From the NCBI GenBank assembly GCA_964016885.1, contig CAXHJY010000485.1, forward strand, positions 1-60,014: a stretch of 60,014 nucleotides of DNA, given 5' to 3'. Of the stretch, positions 48,553 to 60,014 are shown piece by piece. This DNA comes from Eledone cirrhosa. Lineage: Eukaryota. The position numbers and the translations under genes are program-made. The notes beneath the pieces are model-generated. The model was not told the DNA's origin, did no database searches, and saw nothing but the letters and a program-made list of their open reading frames with translations. Position 1 is the stretch's first letter. Each line of letters opens with the position of its first letter.

Positions 48553-49050
48553 CATATATAGCATTAAAGAATAAAAACTAATGATAAAATAAAAATATAT
48601 TTATATATTTTATAAAATGAGGCTCCCAAGGGTGTGTGGCCCTAAGCTATATCTTATTTAGATTATAGCTAAACCCAGCACTGCATCTAGGAGCTTATAC
48701 GCCCAGTTTGTTCAACTATTTCCCATAGTCAAAAAACATTGAGAATTTAAAATTTGCTCAACAGTTTATTAATAAGATTGATTCTTTGTGGAATATATTT
48801 TCTATTTTTAAGAGAAGCCACGAGACTCTGGTTACAAATAATCTCTTCTATTTTTTAGTGGGATTCTCCATGTATTTGAAAGGAATATGTTAGAAAACTG
48901 ATGTCAGCTGAACAAGGCAGTGACAATAAAGATATGTCTGGTAGTGTACAGAAATAGACTGGATTATGGAGAGAGTGTAACATGTCCAGTCACACTGCAC
49001 CACTTACAATACATTACTGCAGTGATGTATGGGTGTGTCTGAACATCTCC

Positions 49051-50092
49051 ATCAGGACTGACCAGAGTTTAACCCAGCATGCCTCAATAACAGCATCTGG
49101 ACATCTTCATCAGGACTGACCAGGGGATATATAACTACAACACCACTAACACTGTTAGATCAGGACTGACCAGAGTTTAACCCAGCATGCCTCAATAACA
49201 GCATCTGGACATCTTCATCAGGACTGACCAGGGGATATATAACTACAACACCACTAACACTGTTAGATCAGGACTGACCAGAGTTTAACCCAGCATGCCT
49301 CAATAACAGCATCTGGACATCTTCATCAGGACTGACCAGAGGATATATAACTACAACACCCCTAACACTGTTAGATCAGGACTGACCAGAGTTTAACCCA
49401 GCATGCCTCAATAACAGCATCTGGACATCTTCATCAGGACTGACCAGAGGATATATAACTACAACACCCCTAACACTGTTAGATCAGGACTGACCAGAGT
49501 TTAACCCAGCATGCCTCAATAACAGCATCTGGACATCTTCATCAGGACTGACCAGAGGATATATAACTACAACACCACTAACACTGTTAGATCAGGACTG
49601 ACCAGAGTTTAACCCAGCATGCCTCAATAACAGCATCTGGACATCTTCATCAGGACTGACCAGAGTTTAACCCAGCATGCCTCAATAACAGCATCTGGAC
49701 ATCTTCATCAGGACTGACCAGGGGATATATAACTACAACACCACTAACACTGCTGGATCATGACTGACCAGGATTGACCAGAGTTTAAATCCACGCACCT
49801 CAACAACAGCATCTGTGCAGAGGACTGACCAGAGGATACATAGTAACAATAACACCACTAACACTGCTGGATCAGGGTTGACCAGGGTTTAACCAAGCAT
49901 ACCTCAATAACAGTGTCTGGACATCTCCAACAAAACTGACCAGAGGATATAGAACAACAACACCACTAACACTGTTGGATCAGGACTGACCACGGTTTAA
50001 CTCTACACAATTCAATAATAGCATCTGTCCAAAGGACTGACCAGAGCATATACAGCAACATCACTAACACTGTTGGATCAGAGTTGACCAAG
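49051..50092. repeat. Higher-order minisatellite: alternating 58-bp and 50-bp subunits sharing ATCAGGACTGACCAG (108-bp period)
   Basis: TCAGGACTGACCAG at 49052, 49110, 49160, 49218, 49268...; homogeneous 5' part, diverged 3' part. Confidence 0.93.
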
Positions 50093-50596
50093 ATTCAGAT
50101 GGGATGCTTTGCAGTATCTGTTCTGCCTTTTTCTGCTCAGCATTCAAATCCCACCTCCTTCTGTCAGGAGTTATGGACAGACAGATAGATAGATAGACTC
50201 AACAACAGATGGATAGACTCAACATCAGACAGATAGACTCAACAACAGACAGATAGACTCAACAACTGAAAGACCAATGGAAGCATAGTTTCCTTGGTGA
50301 TCTGACAATTGGTTTTTTTTTCCCTTTCTGTCCTTTTAACTAGTTAACTTCTTAAGACTGAAGTGTAATGAGAGTGTTAATTGGCAAATTAATGAAAGTT
50401 CTAAGGCAGATAGTGTATTTGAAGTGGAAAGCAGTACAAACAATGGTAGTTAATTATGTGGTCAGTCCTCCACTAAAGACTCCAGCAACAACAACAAGAA
50501 TACTGATGTTCTATTGACCAGCGGTCTATCATATGCAATTGTATCACAAGCCAAATTCTTTCTCTCTCTCTCTCATACACACTCACAATCTCTCTC

Positions 50597-50648
<52 letters not shown>

Positions 50649-51349
50649 TCTCCCTCTCTATCTCCCCCTCTTTCTCTCTCTCTCTCTCTCTCTCTCCATT
50701 GAAGGCTATATGCAGTTGTATGTAGGTTTATTTTCATGATATTTACACACTCCATGCTTCCTGAGATTCGCCAACATTACACCTGATGTCCCCCCCCCCC
50801 CCACATACACATGCACACATGTATTTCATGACTCATACACTGTTCATTTTCCTGATATTTGTACATTATTCTATGTACTATACATGCATCTTTGATGAGT
50901 TGTAATACACCTAAGCACTGTACACAATCATTTCATCATTATTATCATTTATATTTCGCTGGGGTCAACGACTAGGAGGTGCTCTTCCTACCCACTCCAT
51001 CGGCCCAGGCTTGTCAGAAGGTATAAAAATATTTAAACAAACAATTTCAAACAAGTTAAAATGTTTTTGTTTTTTTATATATATATATAATCTTCATCTA
51101 CCCATTTATGTATCTATCTACTGATCTATCTATCAGTCTATATAGGAAATGAGTCAGGACCCCGATGGCTGATCTCTAGCCATTTTGACAGCTAGATCTC
51201 TTTTTTTATCAGTAATCAGTCTATATATCTATCTACCCATCTATTTATATATGTATCTATCTATCTATCTATATATATATCTATCTATTAAACCAATCTA
51301 CTGACCTAGCCACCTATCTATTTATCTATCTAACTATCTATCTATATAA

Positions 51350-51821
51350 CAAAAGAGAGGCGGTTTTCCTTTGTATAGTGGCTATGGTGAAAGAGGTTAC
51401 ATGGTGGACGAGATTGAGAGGACTGAGGACAGATGCCTTTCTCTCCGGACAACAACTCATTCCCTTCTTTAGGTACCACTTTAGAAGGAGAATCAGAGTG
51501 GAGAGAGAGGCACTGCACCCCAGTAAATTTACTGAAAGGTGGGTGAATGTGGCAAAAATGGCCCGAGTGATTGGGCCTTCTCTGTTTATAAACCTGTAGG
51601 TTGAAGAAGACAGCAAAGGGAAGGCACAACATGCTCCTGAAGTTGAGGGTTGTTCTATCGACGGGGTATTAAACAACCCATTTGTGGCACCTCTCCCCTA
51701 TTGGGGATTTCGATTGTTATATTTGTTTGTTTCATATTTTTACACAATTGTATGTAAAATCCCCGGCATGTGTCCTTGTTTTGTCCCCTTTTCTTGTGTG
51801 CTCTTGTGGCTAATAAAGAAA
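51350..51821 (+). mobile_element. Tx1-like LINE 3' end inserted in (TATC)n
   Basis: AMVKEVTWWTRLRGLRTDAFLSGQQLIPFFRYHF...RWVNVAKMARV, paralog of 26160-26400; flanked by TATC repeats. Confidence 0.85.
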
Positions 51822-52677
51822 TATATCTACCTATCTATCTATCTATCTATCTATCTATTTCTCTCTCTCTCACACACACACAGAGAAAGTGATTAACCTG
51901 AATGGTGGTCCAATTGATTAAGTGTTAACTTAAGAAAGAAAGGTGAGATTAATTAAAATGAGAGATTACCATTTAAGAGAAGTGCTGAAATAGAGGATGA
52001 ATTGTTGGCTGGGTATATGGGTATTTGGAAGGTTTAATCTAGAACGTTAACTGACACATGTGGTTCAGTCAAGTGGAATATCTAACAAGAGGTCTTTCCA
52101 TGAATAAGCAGAGATTGACTCATTATTTCACAACCTGCAAATCTTGAGAAGGCTGCCATTTAATTTGTATGTACTGACACCACTTAACCTTAACGTGAGT
52201 ACACACACACACATATATATATATATACATATACACATATACACACAAACACTTACACTTACACACATACACTTGCACACACACATATACACACACTTAC
52301 ACACATACACACACCTATGCAGATACATACAGATACATACACACAAGTACATACTAGCAACGTAGTACTTGTTGCTCTGTACTTAAACATTTCAAAGTAT
52401 TAGCATGGCGGAGGAGGACAGGGGTTAAGTGCGTGTGTGTGTGCATATGTATTTGTATGTGTGTACATGTGTGTATGTGTATATGTGTGTGCATGTGTGT
52501 GTATGTGTGCTTGTGAGGGGGGGGGGGGTTGCATGGCTTAGTGGTTAAGAAGTTCAACTCAAGACTGTAAGGTTGTGAGTTCAATTCCCAGTAGTATGTT
52601 GAGTCCTTGAGAAAGGTATTTTATTTTTACATTGCTCCAGTCCACTAAGCAGGCAAAAAAATGAGTTGGAGTTATAC

Positions 52678-53760
52678 CTTCTTCTTCTTTGTCTACTCAT
52701 TCCTGGGAGGGTCATGGGGCAGCAAGTCCTCAAAACACTCCTTCCATCGGGTCCTGCCAGAAGCAACCGTCTCTCTAACTGATCTGACTGGATCCCTAAG
52801 CAAGACCAACCAAGTTCATGGATGTTATCCAACCATCTTTGCTCGGGGTCTACTCCTGGGTCTCCTGCCGGTTGGTTTTGCCCGTAAAATCTGTCCAGCG
52901 TTTCTTTCGTGAGACAGTTTAACCACTTGTCCATAGTATCGGAGCTGTGATCTCTCAATTTGGAGAAGTAGCAGCTCTACCTGAAGTGACTCTCTCGTCT
53001 CCGAGCTCCACACTCTATCAAGTAACATTACTCCAAAGACTCTTCAGAGGAACATCATTTCAGCCGCTTGTATTCGTGATCGTATTCTTTCATTACCCAA
53101 GATTCATGACCATAGGTAAGGGTTGGCACTAATACCGAATTGAAGATAGCAAGTTTGGCTTTTACACCTACCTCCTTTCCTTTGATTACTGAACGCTGAA
53201 GCTGGCACATTACTGCACCAGTTCCTGCAATGTTTGCACTTAATTCAACCTCCTGCCTTCCAATACTTGTGAACTCAGCACCAACATACTTGAACTCAAA
53301 GTCAGAAAGCAGCACAGCTCCCATGACTTTCGGAAACATTTTTTCCCGCTTAGAGTTGCTGAAGAATGGAACAAACTGCATCCTTTAAAACCCTCATGCT
53401 TCCCAAAATTCGCCAAAACTACACCTGATGTCCCCCTTCCATACACATGCACACATGTGTATATCATGACTCATGCTCTGTTCATTTTCCTGAGGTTTGT
53501 ACATTACCCTATGTACTATACATACACTGTTGATCAGTTGTAGTGCACCTGAGCACTGTACACAATATTTTCATTATTATTATTATAACTTCTCCACCTG
53601 CTTCAGTAGAACTCCATTCACATGTAGAGTGCACTGTGTAGGCTTCCTTTAGAGAACGAGTATCTCAGTTTTTGCAGCACTGATTTTCATTCCAACCATG
53701 CAGCACTCAGCAGCAAACCTATCGAGTAGAAACTTTGTCACATTCAGTGTCAAGTTGAAT
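52678..53760 (-). pseudogene. Second RTE family fragment with (GAA)n tail, interrupted by a CR1 3' end (53299-53585, +)
   Basis: FKYVG...AKLAIFNSVLVPTLTYGHESWVM; QLRYYGQV...RAKPTGRRPRSRPR. Confidence 0.8.
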
Positions 53761-54208
53761 CTCCCAGAGAATTATGGTAAGGGTACACGTGTCTGTGAAA
53801 TGTTCAGCCACTTGGATGTTAATTTTCTGAACATGCTGTCCTGTTGATCGAATCAACTAAAACATCTATCATGAGAAACGTCAGAGGTTCAACAGACAGA
53901 CACACAAGTGTGTATGTGTAAGTGTGTGGGGTAGTATCGGGTAAGATGGGGGAGGACTGTCTATTCAGGTTCAAAAATTACTTAGCTCCCTTGACAACAC
54001 TTTTGTCTAGAGACAAACATATTGCCAAATGACATGATCAGTCTTGTGTATTATATATCATCATCATTATCATCATCATCATTTAACATCTATCTTCCAT
54101 GCTAGCATGGGTTAGACAGGAACTGTCCCACTTGAGGCAAGATAAGTCAGGTGACCGTGTCTCGCTCATATAGGACTATATATATATATATATATATATA
54201 TTTGTATA

Positions 54209-54545
54209 CATCATCATCATCATTTTATGTCCGCTTTTCCCTGCTTGCAAGGGTGGGACGGGAACTGATTCTGGCTTGATTTCTACAGCTGGATGCCCTT
54301 CCTAACACCAACCTCATTTACAGTGAGTGCTGGGTGCTTTTTTGCCGTGGCACCTACATGTCCACTTTGCAGTGGAATGATATAGACCCCAGTCCTATCA
54401 TCTCATTTCTACAGCTGAGTAAACTGGAGCAATGTGAAATAAAGTGTCTTGCTCAAGGAAACAACACATCACCCGGTCTGAGAATTTAACTCACAACCTT
54501 TCGATTGCAAGGCAATGCTCTAACCACTAAGCCATGTGCCTCCAT
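54209..54545 (-). mobile_element. CORE-like tRNA-SINE, full length
   Basis: Same family as 18656-18950. Confidence 0.88.
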
Positions 54546-54674
<129 letters not shown>

Positions 54675-56949
54675 ACGTCCGTGTGTGTTTGTATAGAGAC
54701 ACACATAAATACACATACAGGCACACATAAATACACAGATCACAGAGATTTGGAACAAATAACTGATAAGCCTTTTTATCCAACGGGTTCTAACAAACTG
54801 CCACTTCACAAGCCAGAGCAAGAATACTAGAATGAATTATTTGGCGAACCTGATGTTTGATGCTTACATTGACAAATTTATGTTCTTGCTTTTATGTGTT
54901 TTGAATAAATCTGGTCTTCAAAACTACCAGAAATCATTCGTTTATTTTTTTAGTTAACTGGAGGGGTTATCAACTAAAAACTGAATAATTTCCAATGGTT
55001 TTGAAGGTCAGATTTTTTAAAAATACGTAATAAAAAAAAAACCACAGGAAAAACAACCTTCATCGCTAAAACAAGATGGGTGTAATAGTAAAGATTTACC
55101 AAACCTTCATAAACAGCTATATATTTCAGTACAAGAACTATTAAGAGCAGTACTAGAAAGAAGACCTATCAGAGCAATGGAAGATTTAGGTATGTTATCA
55201 GTACAATACAAACGTTGAAGAACAATACTAATAAAACTTGACAATGTTCTTTACAACCAGCAAGTTAGAATGTGAAAACCACATCGCTTGTTTTATTGTG
55301 ATATGTTTTGTGTAGGCAGGGCTGGGTTTAGGACAAATGAGGCCCTGTGCTAGTTAAGTTATGAAGCCTTTTACTATTTGAAAAGTTCATCATCAAAATT
55401 CTTTTTGGCAGGAAGGTGGGCCCCCTGGCCAACGGGGCCCTGTGCTTAAGCACAACGGGTGCAGGCATGGCTGTGTGATTAAGGGGTTCGCTTCACAATC
55501 ATATGGTTTCAGATCACTCCCACTGCGTGATACCTTGGGCAAGTATCTTCTACATCAATACCTTGTAAGTGAAATTTGGATGACAGAAACCCATCATATA
55601 TATGTATATGTATATATGTGTTATATGTGTATATATATATGTGTGTCCATGTCTGTGATTACGTTTGTGTCTGTGGTTTGGCTTCCTTCAATTAGGGGTT
55701 CAACATAAAAAGATCAATAAAATAAGTACCATACTCTTTTTTTTTAATAAGTACTGGGGTTCATATGCTCAACAAAATCCCTTTATAATAGTACCCCAGC
55801 ATGACCACAGTCTAATGACTGAAACCAGTAAATGACTAAAAGAATTAGCTTTATCAGTATACCATAATTTTATGGGCCACTGACAGTGAAGTTCTTGTTA
55901 TCGTTTGCGGCTCACCTACCAAGGTGTCAGGTGATTCCCGTGAGGGTGCCTGGTTGTTTCAGTCCTTACCCTTGCCTTACTGAGGTGTCAGGTGATGCCC
56001 ATGAAGGTGCCTGGTTTTTTTAACGCCTCAGCCTCGCCATCACTCGTGCTAATACTGCTAGCGTTTAGCTTGCCTCAAAGTGTTCCATTGATCCTTATGA
56101 TATGTGACCGATTGTCTCACTTGGTGGTGAATTGATGGTTGTTTTTTTTGTTTTTGGTTTTCTTTTTTCCTTTTCCCTTTTCTCTCGCTGTGATCATATA
56201 TTTTTGTGTATTATATTTGTGAGGGTCCCAGCAATAATAAATTGTATTTATTATATGTGTTTATATCTGTGTTTATATTTTCATTCTGTAAGAATTATAA
56301 ACAATTTGTAATGTTTATGGAGAGAAAAATGTGGTCGGTGGTGATGGTGGTGTTGGAGTGGTTCTGAATCGAAATTGTTTGAGGTATTTAGTGAATATAA
56401 CTTTCTTGCTTTAAGCTGGTGTTTGGAACATAGCTTAATAGAGCTTCCTACATAAAATAATTGTTTCTACTTTTGGCACAAGGCCAGCAATTATCCCAGT
56501 GTATTACTGGTACTTTATTTTATCGACCCCCGTAAGGATGAAAGGTAAAGTTAACCTTGGCGGTATTTGAACTCAGACCATAAAGGGGCATAACTCTTTG
56601 CTGCTAAGCATGGTGTCCGACCCTCTACCAATACTGCCAATCCACTGAAATAATGATCGAGAGAAATAATTAAGATATGTTTGAAAGACCTACACCAAGA
56701 TGATGCAGGACAGAACAAAGGAGAGACATCTTGGTGTAGGACAGAACAAGGAAAGACACAAAATAAAAAACTTAGTCACTGCGGAGGTAACTGAATGTGT
56801 GACGAAAGAGCTTTGACAATATATAAACAATCATCCGGTTATCGAACCAAACAACCAGCCGGAAATTTATAATAAATTGATGTGAAAACCAACAGGTGCA
56901 TGTGTTTTTATTGGTAGCAAGACCATCCCAAAGTATGTGTATGTGTGTA

Positions 56950-56984
<35 letters not shown>

Positions 56985-56990
56985 TTATTA

Positions 56991-57288
56991 TGGAGGCACA
57001 TGGCTTAGTGGTTAGAGCATTGGCCTTGCAATCGAAAGGTTGTGAGTCCAATTCTCAGACCGGGTGATGTTTTGTTTCCTTGAGCAAGACACTTTATTTC
57101 ACATTGCTCCAGTTTACTCAGCTGTAGAAATGAGATGTAGGCACCACGAGAGAAAAGCACCCAGCACTCACTGTAAATGAGGTTGGTGTTAGGAAGGGCA
57201 TCCAGCTGTAGAAATCAAGCCAGAATCAGTTCCCGTCCTACCCTTGCAAGCAGGGAAAGGTGGAAGTAAAATGATGATGATGATGATG

Positions 57289-57289
<1 letters not shown>
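56991..57289 (+). mobile_element. CORE-like tRNA-SINE
   Basis: GGAGGCACATGGCTTAGTGG...(GAT)n. Confidence 0.88.
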
Positions 57290-57340
<51 letters not shown>

Positions 57341-57401
57341 AGAGAGAGAGAGCTTTTACCTTTCTCTGTCTTACCACAAGACAATGTAATATTGTCTATT
57401 A

Positions 57402-57439
<38 letters not shown>

Positions 57440-58220
57440 CATATATATATATGTATATATATATACATACAGACACACATAATATCTGTTTTACCACCAT
57501 ACATCAATAAAACACTAACAAATACACATACATCTATCTTTGTCCTAACCGCCTTTTATCCATATAAAACATTATACATTACATATACATACATTTATCT
57601 ATGCCTAACTTTCATACATACATGCAATACATATACATGTATGTCTTAATCTCCTTTTATATATATATATATATATACAATATATACACACCTCCATACA
57701 TTCAATACATACTCATACACCTTAATCTCCTCTCATTACTATAACCACATATACACTGTATACACCTCTAGACATACAATACATACACATACAGCTATCT
57801 TTATTTTAATCTCCTTTCGTCCCTAAAACCGCCATACATTACATACACATACAACTATGTCTGTGTTAACCTCTTCTCATTTGTAAATTCATTCATTTCC
57901 TTCCCATATTCTAATAGCTAACATTTCACGTATCTATCTATCTATTCCTTAAACTATCGATCTTTATATATATATATATATAACACATAATAGATCACTA
58001 GGGTTTAACAATTAATGCATTATTTATACTTATATATGAGTTATATATAATTATAAATATGAAAAGGTAGTATTAAGCACTACCCAATTACCAGTAAGAG
58101 AAAAAGCTCAATGTAAATTATCAGATGTATTATAGAGCATATATATATATATATATATATATAAATTAATAAAAATAATGAATAAAAACAAAGAAACAGT
58201 TCCTTATATTAAAAAAATTC

Positions 58221-58356
58221 ATCATTTTACGATTGTTTCTAGGATGTATATGTGTGTGTTGGTATGTATACCATATAGATATATGTAAAATTTTTACAAA
58301 CTATCAGAGGGAATATACATACCTACATATATATATATGCTGTCTTCAGAAATAAT
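58221..58356 (-). ncRNA. Hammerhead motif with ~100-nt extended stem II
   Basis: Minus: ATTATTT-CTGAAGA-[CAGCATATAT...GGTATGTATA...TATACATACC...ATACATCCTA]-GAAAC-AATC-GTA|AAATGAT; 7-bp stem I. Confidence 0.62.
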
Positions 58357-58445
58357 TATTTCTGAAGACAGCATATATATGTGTAGGTATGTATATTCCC
58401 TCTGATAGTTTGTAAAAATTTTACATAGATCTATATGGTATACAT
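58264..58445. repeat. Spacer-less ~90-bp-arm palindrome
   Basis: Centre AAATAATTATTT (58350-58361); arms extend to ATGTATACCATATAGAT / ATCTATATGGTATACAT. Confidence 0.9.
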
Positions 58446-58573
58446 ATATATATATATATTATATACATATATATATATAATATGTATATATATATTATAT
58501 ACATATATATATATAATATATATAATATATATTATATACATATATATATATATAATATATATATATATATATT

Positions 58574-58605
<32 letters not shown>

Positions 58606-58640
58606 ATATATATATATTATATATATATATAATATATATA

Positions 58641-58703
<63 letters not shown>

Positions 58704-58832
58704 ATATTATATATATATAATATATATATTAAATACATATATATATATAATATATATATATTATATACATATATATATATATATATAATATATATATATT
58801 ACATACATATATATATTATATATATATATAAT

Positions 58833-58865
<33 letters not shown>

Positions 58866-59127
58866 TAAATACATATATATATATAATATATATATATATA
58901 TTATATATATATATTATATATATATATATTATATATATATATATATTATATACATATATATATATTAAATACATATATATATATAATATATATATATATA
59001 TTATATATATATATATATATTATATATATATATAATATATATATATATATATTATATACATATATATATTAAATACATATATATATATAATATATATATA
59101 TATATTATATATATATATATATATTAT

Positions 59128-59174
<47 letters not shown>

Positions 59175-59456
59175 CATATATATATATATTATATATATAT
59201 ATATATTATATATATATATAATATATATAAATGGAAACTATATTTATATTTTGTCTGAAGAAGGCATAACATATTTTTAATATATAATATATATATATTA
59301 AATACATATATATATATAATATATATATATATATTATATACATATATATATATATATTATATATATATATAATATTTATATATATATATAATATATATAT
59401 ATATATTAAATACATATATATATTATATATATATATATATATATATTATATACATA

Positions 59457-59542
<86 letters not shown>

Positions 59543-59558
59543 ATAATATATATATATA
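58446..59558. repeat. Degenerate (TA)n satellite with a short remnant of the 46.7-kb family at ~59228-59270
   Basis: About 1.1 kb of almost pure A/T; AAATGGAAACTATATTTATA and TTTTGTCTGAAGAAGGCATA match parts of 46637-46974. Confidence 0.9.
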
Positions 59559-60014
59559 TGTAAGAACTGGATGGAAAAAGTTCAGAGAGCTTATACCACT
59601 ATTAGCCGCTAGAGGGTTCTCCCTAAAAATGAAAGGCAGGTTATACGATGCCTGCATACGAACAGCAATGCTGCATGGCAGTGAGACCTGGGCATTGTGT
59701 GCAGAGGATATACGCAGACTAGAGAGGAACGAAGCTTGCATGCTCCGCTGGATGTGCAATAGTAATATACGTGAACGGCAAAGCATAAACGAACTAAGGA
59801 AAAAATTATAAATAAGAGGGATCAGATGTTGTTTACTCGAGAGAAGGCTACGTTGGTACGGTCACGTGATGCGCATGAAAGACGACAGCTGTATAACAAA
59901 GTGCGTGCAGGGCAATAAAGATAGACGGTAGCCACGGAGTAGGCAGACCCAGAAAAACATGGGATGAGCTGATAAATTCCGACCTCACACGCTTACACCT
60001 CTCCAAGACAATGT
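59559..60014 (+). mobile_element. RTE LINE fragment running off the window end
   Basis: MKGRLYDACIRTAMLHGSETWALCAEDIRRLERNEACMLRWMC. Confidence 0.9.

Noticed and set aside
49100-49720. CTGATGA on the minus strand of each 58-bp subunit as a hammerhead array
   Set aside because: No GAAA half-core and no stem I complementarity.
49051-50092. CRISPR-like repeat-spacer look
   Set aside because: The spacers are only two recurring types, there are no cas genes, and the context is eukaryotic.
56991-57062. tRNA genes
   Set aside because: The A/B boxes belong to SINE heads that continue into CORE-like bodies; no intact cloverleaf.

Overview
AT-rich eukaryotic (animal) intergenic or intronic DNA. The extreme microsatellite density and the SINE/RTE repertoire suggest a coleoid cephalopod such as Octopus (inference). 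No complete host gene, rRNA, true tRNA or CRISPR array is supported. The window is a dense mosaic of microsatellites and mobile elements. These include RTE LINEs (one 5'-truncated copy with an uninterrupted 832-aa ORF carrying a PHD finger inside the RT), fragments of Tx1-, CR1-, CRE- and R4/Dong-like LINEs, three tRNA-derived SINE types, hAT/Tc1/piggyBac-like MITEs, and Penelope-like (PLE) remnants. The strongest hidden signal is about 13 well-formed and 6 decayed type I hammerhead ribozyme motifs, found by eye in many different short non-coding inserts that mostly sit in or beside (TA)n tracts. Several lie in circularly permuted more-than-unit-length and/or inverted repeats. The best case is a 593-bp unit with a U3-A8 covariant core, which suggests a diverse retrozyme-like/PLE-mobilised self-cleaving RNA system. 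A Naiad-like GIY-YIG fragment with its own hammerhead is a candidate autonomous partner. A separate non-repetitive island at about 9.0-11.1 kb holds an SGNH-hydrolase remnant, a SPOP-like BACK-domain ORF and an inverted-repeat-flanked GC-rich cargo. All family assignments are from motif recognition by eye; no database search or folding program was run.
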